Notes: a model not told the origin generated them from the sequence alone. A DNA stretch of 32,000 nt from Nitrosococcus oceani ATCC 19707 (GCF_000012805.1 NC_007484.1:480001-512000); one strand, 5' to 3'; positions 1-7,524 are shown, numbered from the stretch's first letter. Numbers and translations are program-made.

Positions 1-289
1 ACCAATGCTCGGGCAAACGCCTTGAGGTATGAAACACACGCAGAACCTCGATCTGTTGCAGGCGCGGCCTCACGCGATAGGGCACAAGATAGTGCGTATC
101 AGCAACCACCAGTTCACGCGTACCCGGCACTCGGCCTGGTCGGCCCAGCGCCGGATTATCGGACAGCAAGTTGATGGCATCCACAATGGTTTGCACCACC
201 CGCCTGGCGGCGGCCGGGTTGTCTTGAGCAATATAGGCGGCTTCCGCATCAAGGTTTTGCAATGCCTTGTTCAACCACTTAACTTCCAC
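1..289 (-). CDS. parE: ParE/RelE-family type II toxin; 3' end cut by the window edge
   Basis: Absent from the ORF track because it has a GTG start at 287-289 and no stop before position 1. My minus-strand translation is VEVKWLNKALQNLDAEAAYIAQDNPAAARRVVQTIVDAINLLSDNPALGRPGRVPGTRELVVADTHYLVPYRVRPRLQQIEVLRVFHTSRRLPEHW. This fits the ParE layout (NPxAA ... GRxGxxxGTRE ... YxxxY ... IxVLRVxH). It overlaps the upstream antitoxin gene by 11 nt. Confidence 0.8.
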   Translation of the reverse strand, partial: MEVKWLNKALQNLDAEAAYIAQDNPAAARRVVQTIVDAINLLSDNPALGRPGRVPGTRELVVADTHYLVPYRVRPRLQQIEVLRVFHTSRRLPEHW

Positions 290-521
290 CCACTCGCCAC
301 TTACTCAGGGTTTGGCTGACAGCCTGTTGCGAGGCAAAGTCGCCCTGGTCGGCTTCCTTGATAGCGCTTTCTATTTCGCCTACCTGCCATTCGTTCAGCT
401 CGATAAAGTCTTGCAACGCCTGCACGGCAAGAAAAGATTTGGAACGGTGCATCGCCTTAGCCAACTGATCCAGGCGATTTTTGAGTTCCGGATCAAGGCG
501 CAATGTCATGGTTGTGGTCAT
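279..521 (-). CDS. parD: Ribbon-helix-helix (CopG/ParD-type) antitoxin
   Basis: This is the track ORF 279..578. I prefer the internal ATG at 519-521 (MTTTMTLRLDPELKNRLDQLAKAMHRSKSFLAVQALQDFIE...) because GAGGG lies about 7 nt upstream. The beta-strand plus two-helix RHH pattern is present. It sits directly upstream of and overlaps the ParE gene. Confidence 0.8.
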   Translation of the reverse strand: MTTTMTLRLDPELKNRLDQLAKAMHRSKSFLAVQALQDFIELNEWQVGEIESAIKEADQGDFASQQAVSQTLSKWRVGGS

Positions 522-532
522 GGAAATACCCT

Positions 533-563
533 CATGTGTTCTTTTGTATACAATAGCACACAT
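533..563 (-). promoter_or_regulatory. Candidate parDE operator: inverted repeat around a 10-bp palindrome
   Basis: CATGTGT (533-539) and ACACATG (557-563) flank the perfect palindrome TTGTATACAA (544-553). The site lies 12-40 nt upstream of the parD start. RHH antitoxins typically autoregulate at such palindromes. Confidence 0.35.
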
Positions 564-606
564 GCCAGATACCGGCAAATCCGGTTAGCGTATTGGGGCA
601 ATCGAG

Positions 607-1911
607 TCATGCATGGACTTCCTCCAGCGAAGGAAAGAGCTGCTGCATCAGTCCTTTTTTGTGGGTTTTGAGGGCGTCGATTTTTTCCGCCTGGGCGGCA
701 ATCAGGGCATCGAGGGAGGAGAGGCAATGGGCGATTTTTTGTTGTTCGCGTTTTTCATATGGAAAACAAACTTTAATCTTTGACAACCGCCCGGAGGAGA
801 TGCCCAAAACCTTAGCGCCTTGAGATTCTCTTTTGATCTGTTCTCGAATTAAGCCAGACTTAAATAGATAACCACCAAAACCAATAACTAAGTCATTATT
901 TTTTTGTCGCGCCAGCAATGTATGCAGTCCAGATAGTATTTTTTCGTTACCAGTGTTTACGATTTCAATGCTTTTCCCTACATCTTCGACGTCCTCTGAA
1001 GCATCTGCGAATACGATATCGCCCTCTAAGCAATAGCTGTCATCTTTTATCCGTTCTAGCGATTCAGTCCTATTAATATATGGAACGTATTCTTGTGTTA
1101 CATCGAACAACGTAGAAAATTTTGTATGGATGTCTCCGTAATGAATATTTTTTACTTCCCCTTTTTCGTAATTCAACTTGTCTCTTGAATACGTATTTGT
1201 TGAGAGGAATCGGTACACGTCACTCATCTTTTTACTTGTCCAACGCCCCCCATCCCGAAACTTGGGAAAGCGCAGCCGGGGGACGGTTTCGCCGGCCCGG
1301 GGGAAGAGTTGCTGCATCAGTCCTTTTTTGTGGGTTTTGAGGGCGTCGAGTTTTTCTGTCTGGGCGGCAATCAGGGCATCGAGGGAGGAGAGACAATCGG
1401 CGATTTTTTGTTGTTCTTCATGGCTTGGCACTGGCACTTTGAGGCTTAAGATGTCGCCCCGTGAGAGTCCCGGAATAAGGTTCCCAGAGGCCAGAGCAAT
1501 CAGCCGCAGGCGCTGCGTTATCAGAAAATGGAAAATAAACTCTCCGTGTGCTGTACGTGCTCTGACTGCCATCAACTGACGACCCATAGCCACTTCATCG
1601 AGCTCTAAGTTAAGCAGCTCGCCCACACCGCTCCCCTTTACAGTTATTAGTGTATCCCCCGCGCGCCCTACGTTTGCACTACGAGTTGTCCATTTACTCA
1701 CTAAAGCTAAGTCATTTGTGTAATCTGATGGCCCTGTGAAATACGGGATGTCTCCCGTGTCTGTATATCCGTCCGGTGAAAGATGAAGCCCCGAGAGGAG
1801 TTCAACTTGCGTTGAAAGCGCAACTTTCTCCCACTCTCCCGCATCCCGAAACTCAGGAAAGCGCAGCTTGGGCACCCGCATTTGTTTGTCATTCTTCATT
1901 GCCTTACTCAT
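607..1911 (-). CDS. hsdS: Type I restriction-modification specificity subunit (HsdS), two target-recognition domains
   Basis: 434 aa. The N-termini of both halves repeat (VPKLRFPEFRDAGEWEKV and VPRLRFPKFRDGGRWTSK). The conserved coiled-coil segment LSSLDALIAAQ.EK.DALKTHKKGLMQQLFP occurs twice. The ATG overlaps the hsdR stop (ATGAGTAA, 1904-1911). Confidence 0.95.
   Translation of the reverse strand: MSKAMKNDKQMRVPKLRFPEFRDAGEWEKVALSTQVELLSGLHLSPDGYTDTGDIPYFTGPSDYTNDLALVSKWTTRSANVGRAGDTLITVKGSGVGELLNLELDEVAMGRQLMAVRARTAHGEFIFHFLITQRLRLIALASGNLIPGLSRGDILSLKVPVPSHEEQQKIADCLSSLDALIAAQTEKLDALKTHKKGLMQQLFPRAGETVPRLRFPKFRDGGRWTSKKMSDVYRFLSTNTYSRDKLNYEKGEVKNIHYGDIHTKFSTLFDVTQEYVPYINRTESLERIKDDSYCLEGDIVFADASEDVEDVGKSIEIVNTGNEKILSGLHTLLARQKNNDLVIGFGGYLFKSGLIREQIKRESQGAKVLGISSGRLSKIKVCFPYEKREQQKIAHCLSSLDALIAAQAEKIDALKTHKKGLMQQLFPSLEEVHA
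635..747. repeat. 113-nt direct repeat, copy 1 (HsdS C-terminal conserved region)
   Basis: Near-identical to 1304-1416: aagagctgctgcatcagtccttttttgtgggttttgagggcgtcga...ggcggcaatcagggcatcgagggaggagag. I saw only a handful of mismatches by eye. Confidence 0.85.
1304..1416. repeat. 113-nt direct repeat, copy 2 (HsdS central conserved region)
   Basis: Pairs with 635-747 and encodes the same LDALIAAQ..KTHKKGLMQQLFP helix. Confidence 0.85.
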
Positions 1912-4900
1912 AGGCCGCCAACCCTGAAATTTCCCGCCCTTGGGCCTGCTTTTTCAGAAACGGCGCTAGCTCTTCCATCAGTGCCAGCTCCGCCTTGCTG
2001 CGTGCTTTCCAGCCTAGCTCCAAGGGCGCGAACAGATCGCTTAACTGCTCGCCGTCGAAGATCATGCGGTCGAGAATGGCCTCCACGAAAGCTTTGAGGG
2101 TGCCAGCCTGCAAGTTGTGCCGGGCGGCCATGTTGCTCAGTTCGCTGTCGGCTTTTTGCGCTTTAAAGGCTTGGTAGCCATCGCGGATGGCTTCCTCGCT
2201 CAACCCTTCGCCCGCTTGCAGGCTGTTGATGTAAGCGATGATGTGGTCGCGTTCCTCCATGAGATTACTGCTGGCGGCGAGCATGCTGACCAACTGCTCG
2301 CGGCTCATGGTCTGCTTGCCGGGCTTCTCCTGACTGAAGCGGGCGGCCAGGCCCATGATGTAGTCGTAGTCGATCAGCGCCGAGGAAAAGAGCACAAACT
2401 CAAAATCGAGCTGCTCGATGGCTTCCTGGGCATCGCTGGCTTCCTGCCGCTTTTGCCCTGCTGGTCTTTGAGGCGCTGGGCGGTTTCCAGATAGGACCCT
2501 CGCAAGGCTCGAAGCGCTTCCTCGGGCAAAAGACGATTGATTTTCTCCGCTTGGGCTTCGTCGAGATCGGTGTATTGATCGAGCTGGGTCTTCAGGCGTT
2601 GGACTTCCTTAAAGCGGTTGACGAACTCGGCGCGGGCGGCGTCGCCCTTGAGGTTGTAGACGGCTTTTGGCTCTAGCACCTTGTTGTTTTCCTCTTCATT
2701 CGCTACGTGGTTAGGGACGCCTTGCTGGGCCATGAACTGTTTTATCCCCGCCACGGCTTGCTCGTATTTCTCAATCATCTTGGGGGCAGGGTCCACCAGC
2801 CAGATCTCCCGGGAGCGGCTGGTTTCCTCGCCGGAGAACAGGGCGATGGCCTCATCCACCGCTTTTTCCTGGCTCCGAAAGTCGAGGATGTTGCCGTAGG
2901 GCTTGGTGTCGTTAAGCACGCGGTTGGTGCGTGAAAATGCCTGAATCAGACCGTGGTGCTTGAGGTTTTTGTCCACATAGAGGGTGTTGAGGTATTTGGA
3001 GTCGAAACCGGTGAGCAGCATGTCCACCACGATGGTGATGTCGATCTTATTTTGGTGGGGGTAGTCGCTGTTGGGGTACTGCTGATCCTTGATGCGCTGC
3101 TGCACGTCTTGGTAGTAGAGATCGAACTCGCTGATGCTGTGGTTACCGCCGTACTGGGCGTTGTAGTCGGCCATGATGGTTTTGAGGGCGGCTTTCTTTT
3201 TCTCCGGCTCTTGCTGGTTGTCGGCCTTTTCCTGGGGCAAGTCTTCTTGCAGTTGCTTCACGTCTTTGTTGCCGTCGGCGGGGGGTGAAAACACGCAGGC
3301 GATATTCAGCGGCTGGAACGCGGGGTCTTGTTCTTGTGGCGCGGCCTGTTCCGCTTTGAACAGTTTGTAATAGGCAATGGCCTGGTTGATGGAGGAGGTG
3401 GCCAACAGGGCATTAAAACGCCGCTGGTGGGTGGCGGCGTTGTGTTTGTCGAGAATTGACTCCACCACGGCCTGCTGGGTGATGGCCTCGCCGGGTTTTG
3501 CCTTGGGCTGCTTTTTGCCGTTGTTGGCGGCATGGGCCGATTCTTTCGTCCTTGCACTTTCGGGTTTGAAATAGTCGATATGAAAGCGCAGCACGTTGCG
3601 GTCATCGATGGCATGGGTGATGGTGTAGGCGTGTAGCTGCTTTTCGAAGATGTCCTGGGTGGTTCGGTAGGAACCGATGGTGCCGTCGATCTGTTTGTGG
3701 TTGGCGTTGTCTTCAAAAATGGGCGTACCGGTAAAGCCAAAGAGTTGCGCCTTGGGGAAAAAGGCTTTAATGGCCTTGTGGTTGTCGCCAAACTGGGAGC
3801 GGTGGCATTCGTCAAAAATAAAGACCATGCGTTTGTCCCCCAGCGGTTTCAGCCGCTCTTTATAAGTGGACTTGCCCCTGTCTTTGCGCTGCTGGTTGCG
3901 CTTGCTGTTTTCATCCAGCGCCAGGCCCAGTTTTTGAATGGTGGTGACGATGACCTTGTCGGCGTAGTCCTCGGACAGCAGGCGGCGCACCAGGGTTTCG
4001 GTGTTGGTGTTTTCCTCCACGCAGCCTTCCTGAAACTTGTTGAATTCCTGGCGAGTTTGGCGATCGAGGTCCTTGCGATCCACCACGAACAGGCATTTTT
4101 CAATGTCCGGGTTGTCCTTGAGGAGGGTGGACGCCTTGAAGGAGGTGAGGGTTTTGCCGCTGCCGGTGGTGTGCCAGATGTAGCCATTGCCCCGGTTCTG
4201 GTGAATGCAATCCACTATGGCTTTGACCGCATAGATCTGATACGGGCGCATGATCATCAGCTTTTGCTCGCTGGCCACCAGTACCATGTAACGGCTTATC
4301 ATCTGGCCCAGGGTGCATTTGGCGAGAAACTGCTCGGCAAAGTCATCCAGATGGGTAATTTTGCGGTTGTCTTCGCTGGCTAGTTGGTAGATGGGCAAAA
4401 AACGCTCATCGGCATTAAAGGCGAAATGCTGGCTGTGGTTGTTGGCAAAGTAGTAGGTGTTGCCGCGGTTGCTGACGATAAACAATTGCATAAAGCACAG
4501 CAGCGTATTGGCGTAGCCGTTGCCGGGGTCGTTTTTGTACTGGACGATCTGCTCCATGGCGCGGCGCGGGTTGATGCCGATGGTTTTCAGCTCGATCTGC
4601 GCCACGGGCAGGCCGTTGAGCAGCAGGATCACGTCGTAGCGATGGTGACTGTTATCGGTGTTGATGCGCAACTGGTTGATCACTTCAAAGTCGTTTTTGC
4701 ACCAGTCCTTGAGGTTAACCAGCATGTAGTCCAGTGACGTGCCGTTCTCGCGCTGAAAGTGAGCGTATTCGCGCAGGGTTTTGGCGGCCTGGAAGACGTC
4801 GGCGTTGACGATTTCGTCGCGCAGGCGGGCAAACTCCGCATCCGTTAGGCGGACATGGTTGAGCGCTTCAAATTTCTCGCGGAAGTTTTGCTCCAGTGCG

Positions 4901-4992
4901 GTCTTATCACGGATGTCGGGGCGGTAGGTGTATTTTAGCTCTTGGAGCTTGTGGATTAATTTTTCCTCGATATCGCTTTCTTTTTGGATCAT
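1904..4992 (-). pseudogene. hsdR: Type I restriction enzyme R subunit (HsdR), reading frame broken once near 2398-2470
   Basis: ORF 2374..4992 (872 aa) carries the PD-(D/E)xK nuclease N-domain (YDVILLLNGLPVAQIELK). It also has the SF2 motor motifs TGSGKT, FVVDRKDLDRQT, DECH and GFTGTP. ORF 1904..2395 (163 aa) is the usual HsdR C-terminal domain in another frame. My re-translation of that frame upstream gives ...QEASDAQEAIEQLDFEFVLFSSALIDYDYIMGL, so the two pieces join with a single 1-nt frame change. This is either a true frameshift or a sequencing error. Confidence 0.8.
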
Positions 4993-5174
4993 TTAAATAA
5001 CTTTTTATCCATTTCTACTCGATTATATTTTTTCGCCGAGCTAGCCAGCTCGTTTGGCATTCTACAAATCGAATGGTTGCTGTCTCAGCGGGGTGGGCTG
5101 GGACTCATAACGAGGCAAAGCCGCGTAGCGGTGTCCGCTCCAACGGAAGATAAGGCGGCGTTTGCGCCGACCTA

Positions 5175-5269
5175 TTGTCTGAGATCAGGTGCGTTTGAGA
5201 TGATGACCATTTTTGCGGCAAGCAAAAATGGGCAGCGGGTCGAACGTCACCTGCAGCGATTTGTTAGAG
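5175..5269. other. Nested imperfect inverted repeat flanked by 9-nt direct repeats, downstream of higA
   Basis: The inner stem is CCATTTTTGC (5207-5216) with GCAAAAATGG (5222-5231) and a 5-nt loop. The outer stem is CAGGTGCGTT (5186-5195) with AACGTCACCTG (5243-5253), with one extra T. It is flanked by TTGTCTGAG (5175-5183) and TTGTTAGAG (5261-5269). Confidence 0.6.
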
Positions 5270-5288
5270 GGCTAATTGCAACCAACTT

Positions 5289-5585
5289 TCACTGTGAAAT
5301 TGGTTGGATAGTAAGCTTTAGCCCGAGCCCCTTGGCTACCTTTTGGACAGTAGCAAAGCTGGGATTACCTTCCGGGGAAAGTGCCTTATATAAGCCTGCA
5401 CGGGTTAGACCTGAATCTCTGGCTAGTTGACTCATATTGCGAGCACGAGCAACAACCCCGAGAGTATGAACGATGAATGCTGGATCATCACCACCTTCAT
5501 CTTGGCAGGCTTCTAGGTAAAGACGGATATCTTCTTCCGTTTCAAGATAGTCAGCACTGTCATAATGACTGAATTTTTCGGCCAT
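5289..5585 (-). CDS. higA: HigA-type addiction-module antidote protein (HTH)
   Basis: MAEKFSHYDSADYLETEEDIRLYLEACQDEGGDDPAFIVHTLGVVARARNMSQLARDSGLTRAGLYKALSPEGNPSFATVQKVAKGLGLKLTI. The HTH segment (MSQLARDSGLTRAGLYKAL) and the N-terminal YL..EEDI..YL pattern are typical. I prefer the ATG at 5585 over 5600. It lies 2 nt after the toxin stop. Confidence 0.85.
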   Translation of the reverse strand: MAEKFSHYDSADYLETEEDIRLYLEACQDEGGDDPAFIVHTLGVVARARNMSQLARDSGLTRAGLYKALSPEGNPSFATVQKVAKGLGLKLTIQPISQ

Positions 5586-5587
5586 GT

Positions 5588-5884
5588 TCAACCCTTCCAT
5601 TCTTCAGCTATGCGTTTGGCCTTGGCAATATCTTCTTGCTGTGTACGTTTGTCACCACCGCATAATATGAGAACCAAAACCTTACCTTGCTGCATGTAAT
5701 ACACCCGGTATCCGGGACCATAATCGATCCGCATTTCACTCAACCCTTCGCCTATAGGCTGAACATTACCAGGGTTGCCGAAAGCCAGCCGATCAATTCT
5801 TGCGCTGATACGGACAGCTGCTCGACGATCCCGCAGTTTTTTGAGCCAACAGTTAAAAGTCTCGGATTTGACGACTTCGATCAT
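5588..5884 (-). CDS. higB: RelE/ParE-superfamily addiction-module killer protein (HigB-type, toxin first)
   Basis: 98 aa: MIEVVKSETFNCWLKKLRDRRAAVRISARIDRLAFGNPGNVQPIGEGLSEMRIDYGPGYRVYYMQQGKVLVLILCGGDKRTQQEDIAKAKRIA. This fits the classic killer-protein pattern (F..WL..L.D....I..RI.RL..GN.GD...VG.G..E.R...GPGYR.Y). A TATAAT lies just upstream. Confidence 0.85.
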   Translation of the reverse strand: MIEVVKSETFNCWLKKLRDRRAAVRISARIDRLAFGNPGNVQPIGEGLSEMRIDYGPGYRVYYMQQGKVLVLILCGGDKRTQQEDIAKAKRIAEEWKG

Positions 5885-5950
5885 GTGTCTATTATAGTAT
5901 ACAGTCCACTAAGATGTAAACCGCAGGATACAGAAGCCCAAACCCTGCTC

Positions 5951-6164
5951 TTACCATACGACAGGGTAGGGATGGCTCATCACGGCATAGACGCAGATGG
6001 CCATAGCGAATACGGACGATAAACTCTTGAGTTTGTCGACGACCCATGGGCGGCGATGTTCGTAGCTGCGACCGGAGAAGTCATCAACGCTGCACAGGAA
6101 CGCACGACGCAGTGGTAGTACGGCGATCGACGAGGCTGATTCGAACCGAGCGCGCTTGTGTCAT
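5951..6164 (-). pseudogene. Relic of an IS200-like HUH/Y1 transposase-family gene (N-terminal part only)
   Basis: My translation of 6109->5951 is RRAFLCSVDDFSGRSYEHRRPWVVDKLKSLSSVFAMAICVYAVMSHPYPVVW*. It matches the family pattern YHC..RCVRRAFLCG.D..SG..YEHRR.W....L..L...FA....AYAVMSNHYHLVL. YYHC lies in a different frame just upstream, which indicates a deletion or frameshift. The HYH motif has degraded to HPYP and a stop follows. Confidence 0.45.
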
Positions 6165-6288
6165 GGTGGAAGTCTAGCGGATCAAAACAGAAAACGGGAA
6201 GGGTAACAATATATGGGTGTCCTTTGTTCGGGAGATAGGCGGCGCTTTGCTCCGCCGTGGCGACCGGGGGTCCGACTGACGCTACTTG

Positions 6289-6705
6289 TTAGACATTCTG
6301 CGACTCTATCATCGCAGGGTATTTGGGGAGGTCTTTAGACATACAGTCCCAATTGGCAGCCTGGCTGCAATAGATATCAGCCCTCGGATTGTAAAGCGAA
6401 GTATCGTCAAGCGTTCCTGCCCGAATCGATATTAAAGGTTTAGCAATCTCGGCATCCCCAATTACCTGTGCCCCACATTTCGGGCAGAATCCTCTTCGGA
6501 TCTTTTTCCCACTGCCTCCGAAGCTTTCAAAGTAACTGAGGGGGCCATTAATATGCAGATCTTCTCTCTTAAAGAACATGACAGGCGCATAAGCAGCCCC
6601 CGTAGACTTCTGACAATCATGGCAATGGCAGTTAAACTGAAGAACGGGATCAGAGCTGCACTCATAGCTCACCGTTCCACACAAACAACGACCTGATATC
6701 GTCAT
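6289..6705 (-). CDS. GFA (glutathione-dependent formaldehyde-activating / CENP-V) family Zn-binding protein
   Basis: 138 aa with the Cys-rich GFA signature: GRCLCGTVSYEC ... FNCHCHDCQKSTGAAYA ... RGFCPKCGAQV. Confidence 0.85.
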   Translation of the reverse strand: MTISGRCLCGTVSYECSSDPVLQFNCHCHDCQKSTGAAYAPVMFFKREDLHINGPLSYFESFGGSGKKIRRGFCPKCGAQVIGDAEIAKPLISIRAGTLDDTSLYNPRADIYCSQAANWDCMSKDLPKYPAMIESQNV

Positions 6706-6732
6706 ATCAACCAGCCTTTAATTGCGAAACGT

Positions 6733-6794
6733 ATAATAAGCTTGGCTCAGCCGCGCGCGTTTTTTGCGCGTCGCGCTGGAGCTACTCGTTATGC
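6733..6794 (-). other. attC-like 62-nt imperfect palindrome at the 3' end of the hicAB unit
   Basis: The minus strand reads GCATAACGAGTAGCTCCAGCGCGACGCGCAAAAAACGCGCGCGGCTGAGCCAAGCTTATTAT. It starts with an RYYYAAC-like box that contains the hicB TAA stop. A GC-rich stem with bulged bases surrounds an A6 loop, and it ends in TTAT, which pairs with ATAA. The size and architecture resemble an integron 59-base element. No covariance model was run. Confidence 0.4.
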
Positions 6795-7001
6795 AGCGAC
6801 TTCGATGATCTCGATGCTTGAGGTGGAAGCTGGAATATCTTCTCCATCTTCTTTGAGTCCTTGAGTATGAAATTCGACAGCTTCCTGGATAAGTTTTATT
6901 GCTTCTTCGCGTGTCTCTCCTGCGGCGACGCAGCCAGGTAAATCTGGGACATACGCACCATAGCTGGATTCGCCCTGCTCAATTACTACGGCATATTTCA
7001 T
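6789..7001 (-). CDS. hicB: HicB-family antitoxin (UPF0150 fold, short form)
   Basis: 70 aa: MKYAVVIEQGESSYGAYVPDLPGCVAAGETREEAIKLIQEAVEFHTQGLKEDGEDIP. This is the canonical HicB N-domain motif (Y.A..PDLPGC...G.T.EEA......EA...H). Confidence 0.85.
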   Translation of the reverse strand: MKYAVVIEQGESSYGAYVPDLPGCVAAGETREEAIKLIQEAVEFHTQGLKEDGEDIPASTSSIEIIEVAA

Positions 7002-7011
7002 GTTTCTATCC

Positions 7012-7200
7012 TCATTCCTTTAATCCAGATTGCTTAAGTGTGGCGTTTAATGCGCCCTTTGGCATCTCCACACTGGGTTTGCCTGCGATTGTTACTGTGC
7101 CTAGTTTTGATGGATGTTTAAATTGTCTGTGACTTCCCTTAGTTCTTACGAGTTGCTAGCCATCCGCCTCAACTTCTTTCAGTAACTCCTTTACTTTCAT
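7012..7200 (-). pseudogene. hicA: HicA mRNA-interferase toxin with an in-frame amber stop at codon 15
   Basis: Not in the ORF track. My translation from ATG 7200 is MKVKELLKEVEADG*QLVRTKGSHRQFKHPSKLGTVTIAGKPSVEMPKGALNATLKQSGLKE*. The canonical family motif is L...GW..VR.KGSH..F.HP. The TAG at 7156-7158 sits exactly where the conserved Trp (TGG) is expected. The rest is in frame and ends 10 nt before the hicB ATG. Confidence 0.8.
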
Positions 7201-7237
7201 TAGCGTCCCTCTATAGGTATTACTCAATAATTATTAA

Positions 7238-7247
7238 GCTGCATAAC
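7238..7247. repeat. 10-bp inverted-repeat partner bracketing the hicAB unit
   Basis: The plus strand has GCTGCATAAC at 7238-7247 and its exact reverse complement GTTATGCAGC at 6788-6797. On the minus strand the unit therefore begins GTTATGCAGC (a GTTRRRY-like core) and ends GCTGCATAAC. Confidence 0.6.
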
Positions 7248-7268
7248 ATGAAATAGACTGACTAAGCT

Positions 7269-7284
7269 GCGTCTTATAAGACGC
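7269..7284. promoter_or_regulatory. Perfect 16-bp palindrome between hicA and the integrase stub
   Basis: GCGTCTTATAAGACGC. TAAGCTGC occurs twice nearby (7234-7241 and 7263-7270). TTGACA at 7315-7320 lies about 50 nt before the integrase-stub ATG. This may be a protein-binding or attI-like region. Confidence 0.3.
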
Positions 7285-7368
7285 ATCCCCTCTCTATAAA
7301 ACGGGAAAAAATCGTTGACATCATACTTGTAGCTGAAGTTATTTATTTTGCCAATCTGTAATAGACGC

Positions 7369-7524
7369 ATGATCTCAAAACCCAAGTCTCAACCTAAGCT
7401 CCTTGAGCAAGTGCGGGAGGCTGTTCGTGTCAGGCACGAGAGCATCCACCCGGAACAGGAAGAGAAAGAATCCACCATCGGGTTTCGTGGGTGTGCTATA
7501 TCATGTGATTTTGAGAATAGGTAG
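7369..7524 (+). pseudogene. 5' stub of an IntI/XerD-type tyrosine recombinase gene
   Basis: MISKPKSQPKLLEQVREAVRVRHESIHPEQ followed by unrelated sequence and a stop (51 codons). The first 30 residues follow the integron-integrase N-terminus pattern (..LLDQVRE.IR..HYS.RTEQAY..W). The catalytic domain is entirely absent. Confidence 0.5.

Noticed and set aside
29-671. Plus-strand ORFs 29..319 and 267..671, and minus-strand ORFs 70..252 and 518..727.
   Set aside because: They lie antisense to, out of frame with, or overlapping the parE/parD pair, whose translations match known families. No motifs are present in these frames.
2117-4737. Many 60-230 aa ORFs on both strands inside hsdR, for example 3697..4383 (+), 3306..3815 (-) and 2953..3288 (+).
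   Set aside because: They are shadow frames of a gene with unmistakable HsdR motifs. They have low-complexity or repetitive V/G/L or P/T/S composition.
4984-5430. Plus-strand 148-aa ORF spanning the hsdR-higA intergenic region.
   Set aside because: It runs antisense into higA, has no RBS or recognisable motif, and is better explained by the hairpin-rich intergenic DNA.
6130-6152. GGTTCGAATC on the minus strand, a tRNA T-loop-like decamer. It could be a tRNA fragment marking an island att site.
   Set aside because: The flanking bases do not form a T-stem (CTCGG against CAGCC). No acceptor or anticodon arms can be drawn. It lies inside the transposase-relic reading frame.
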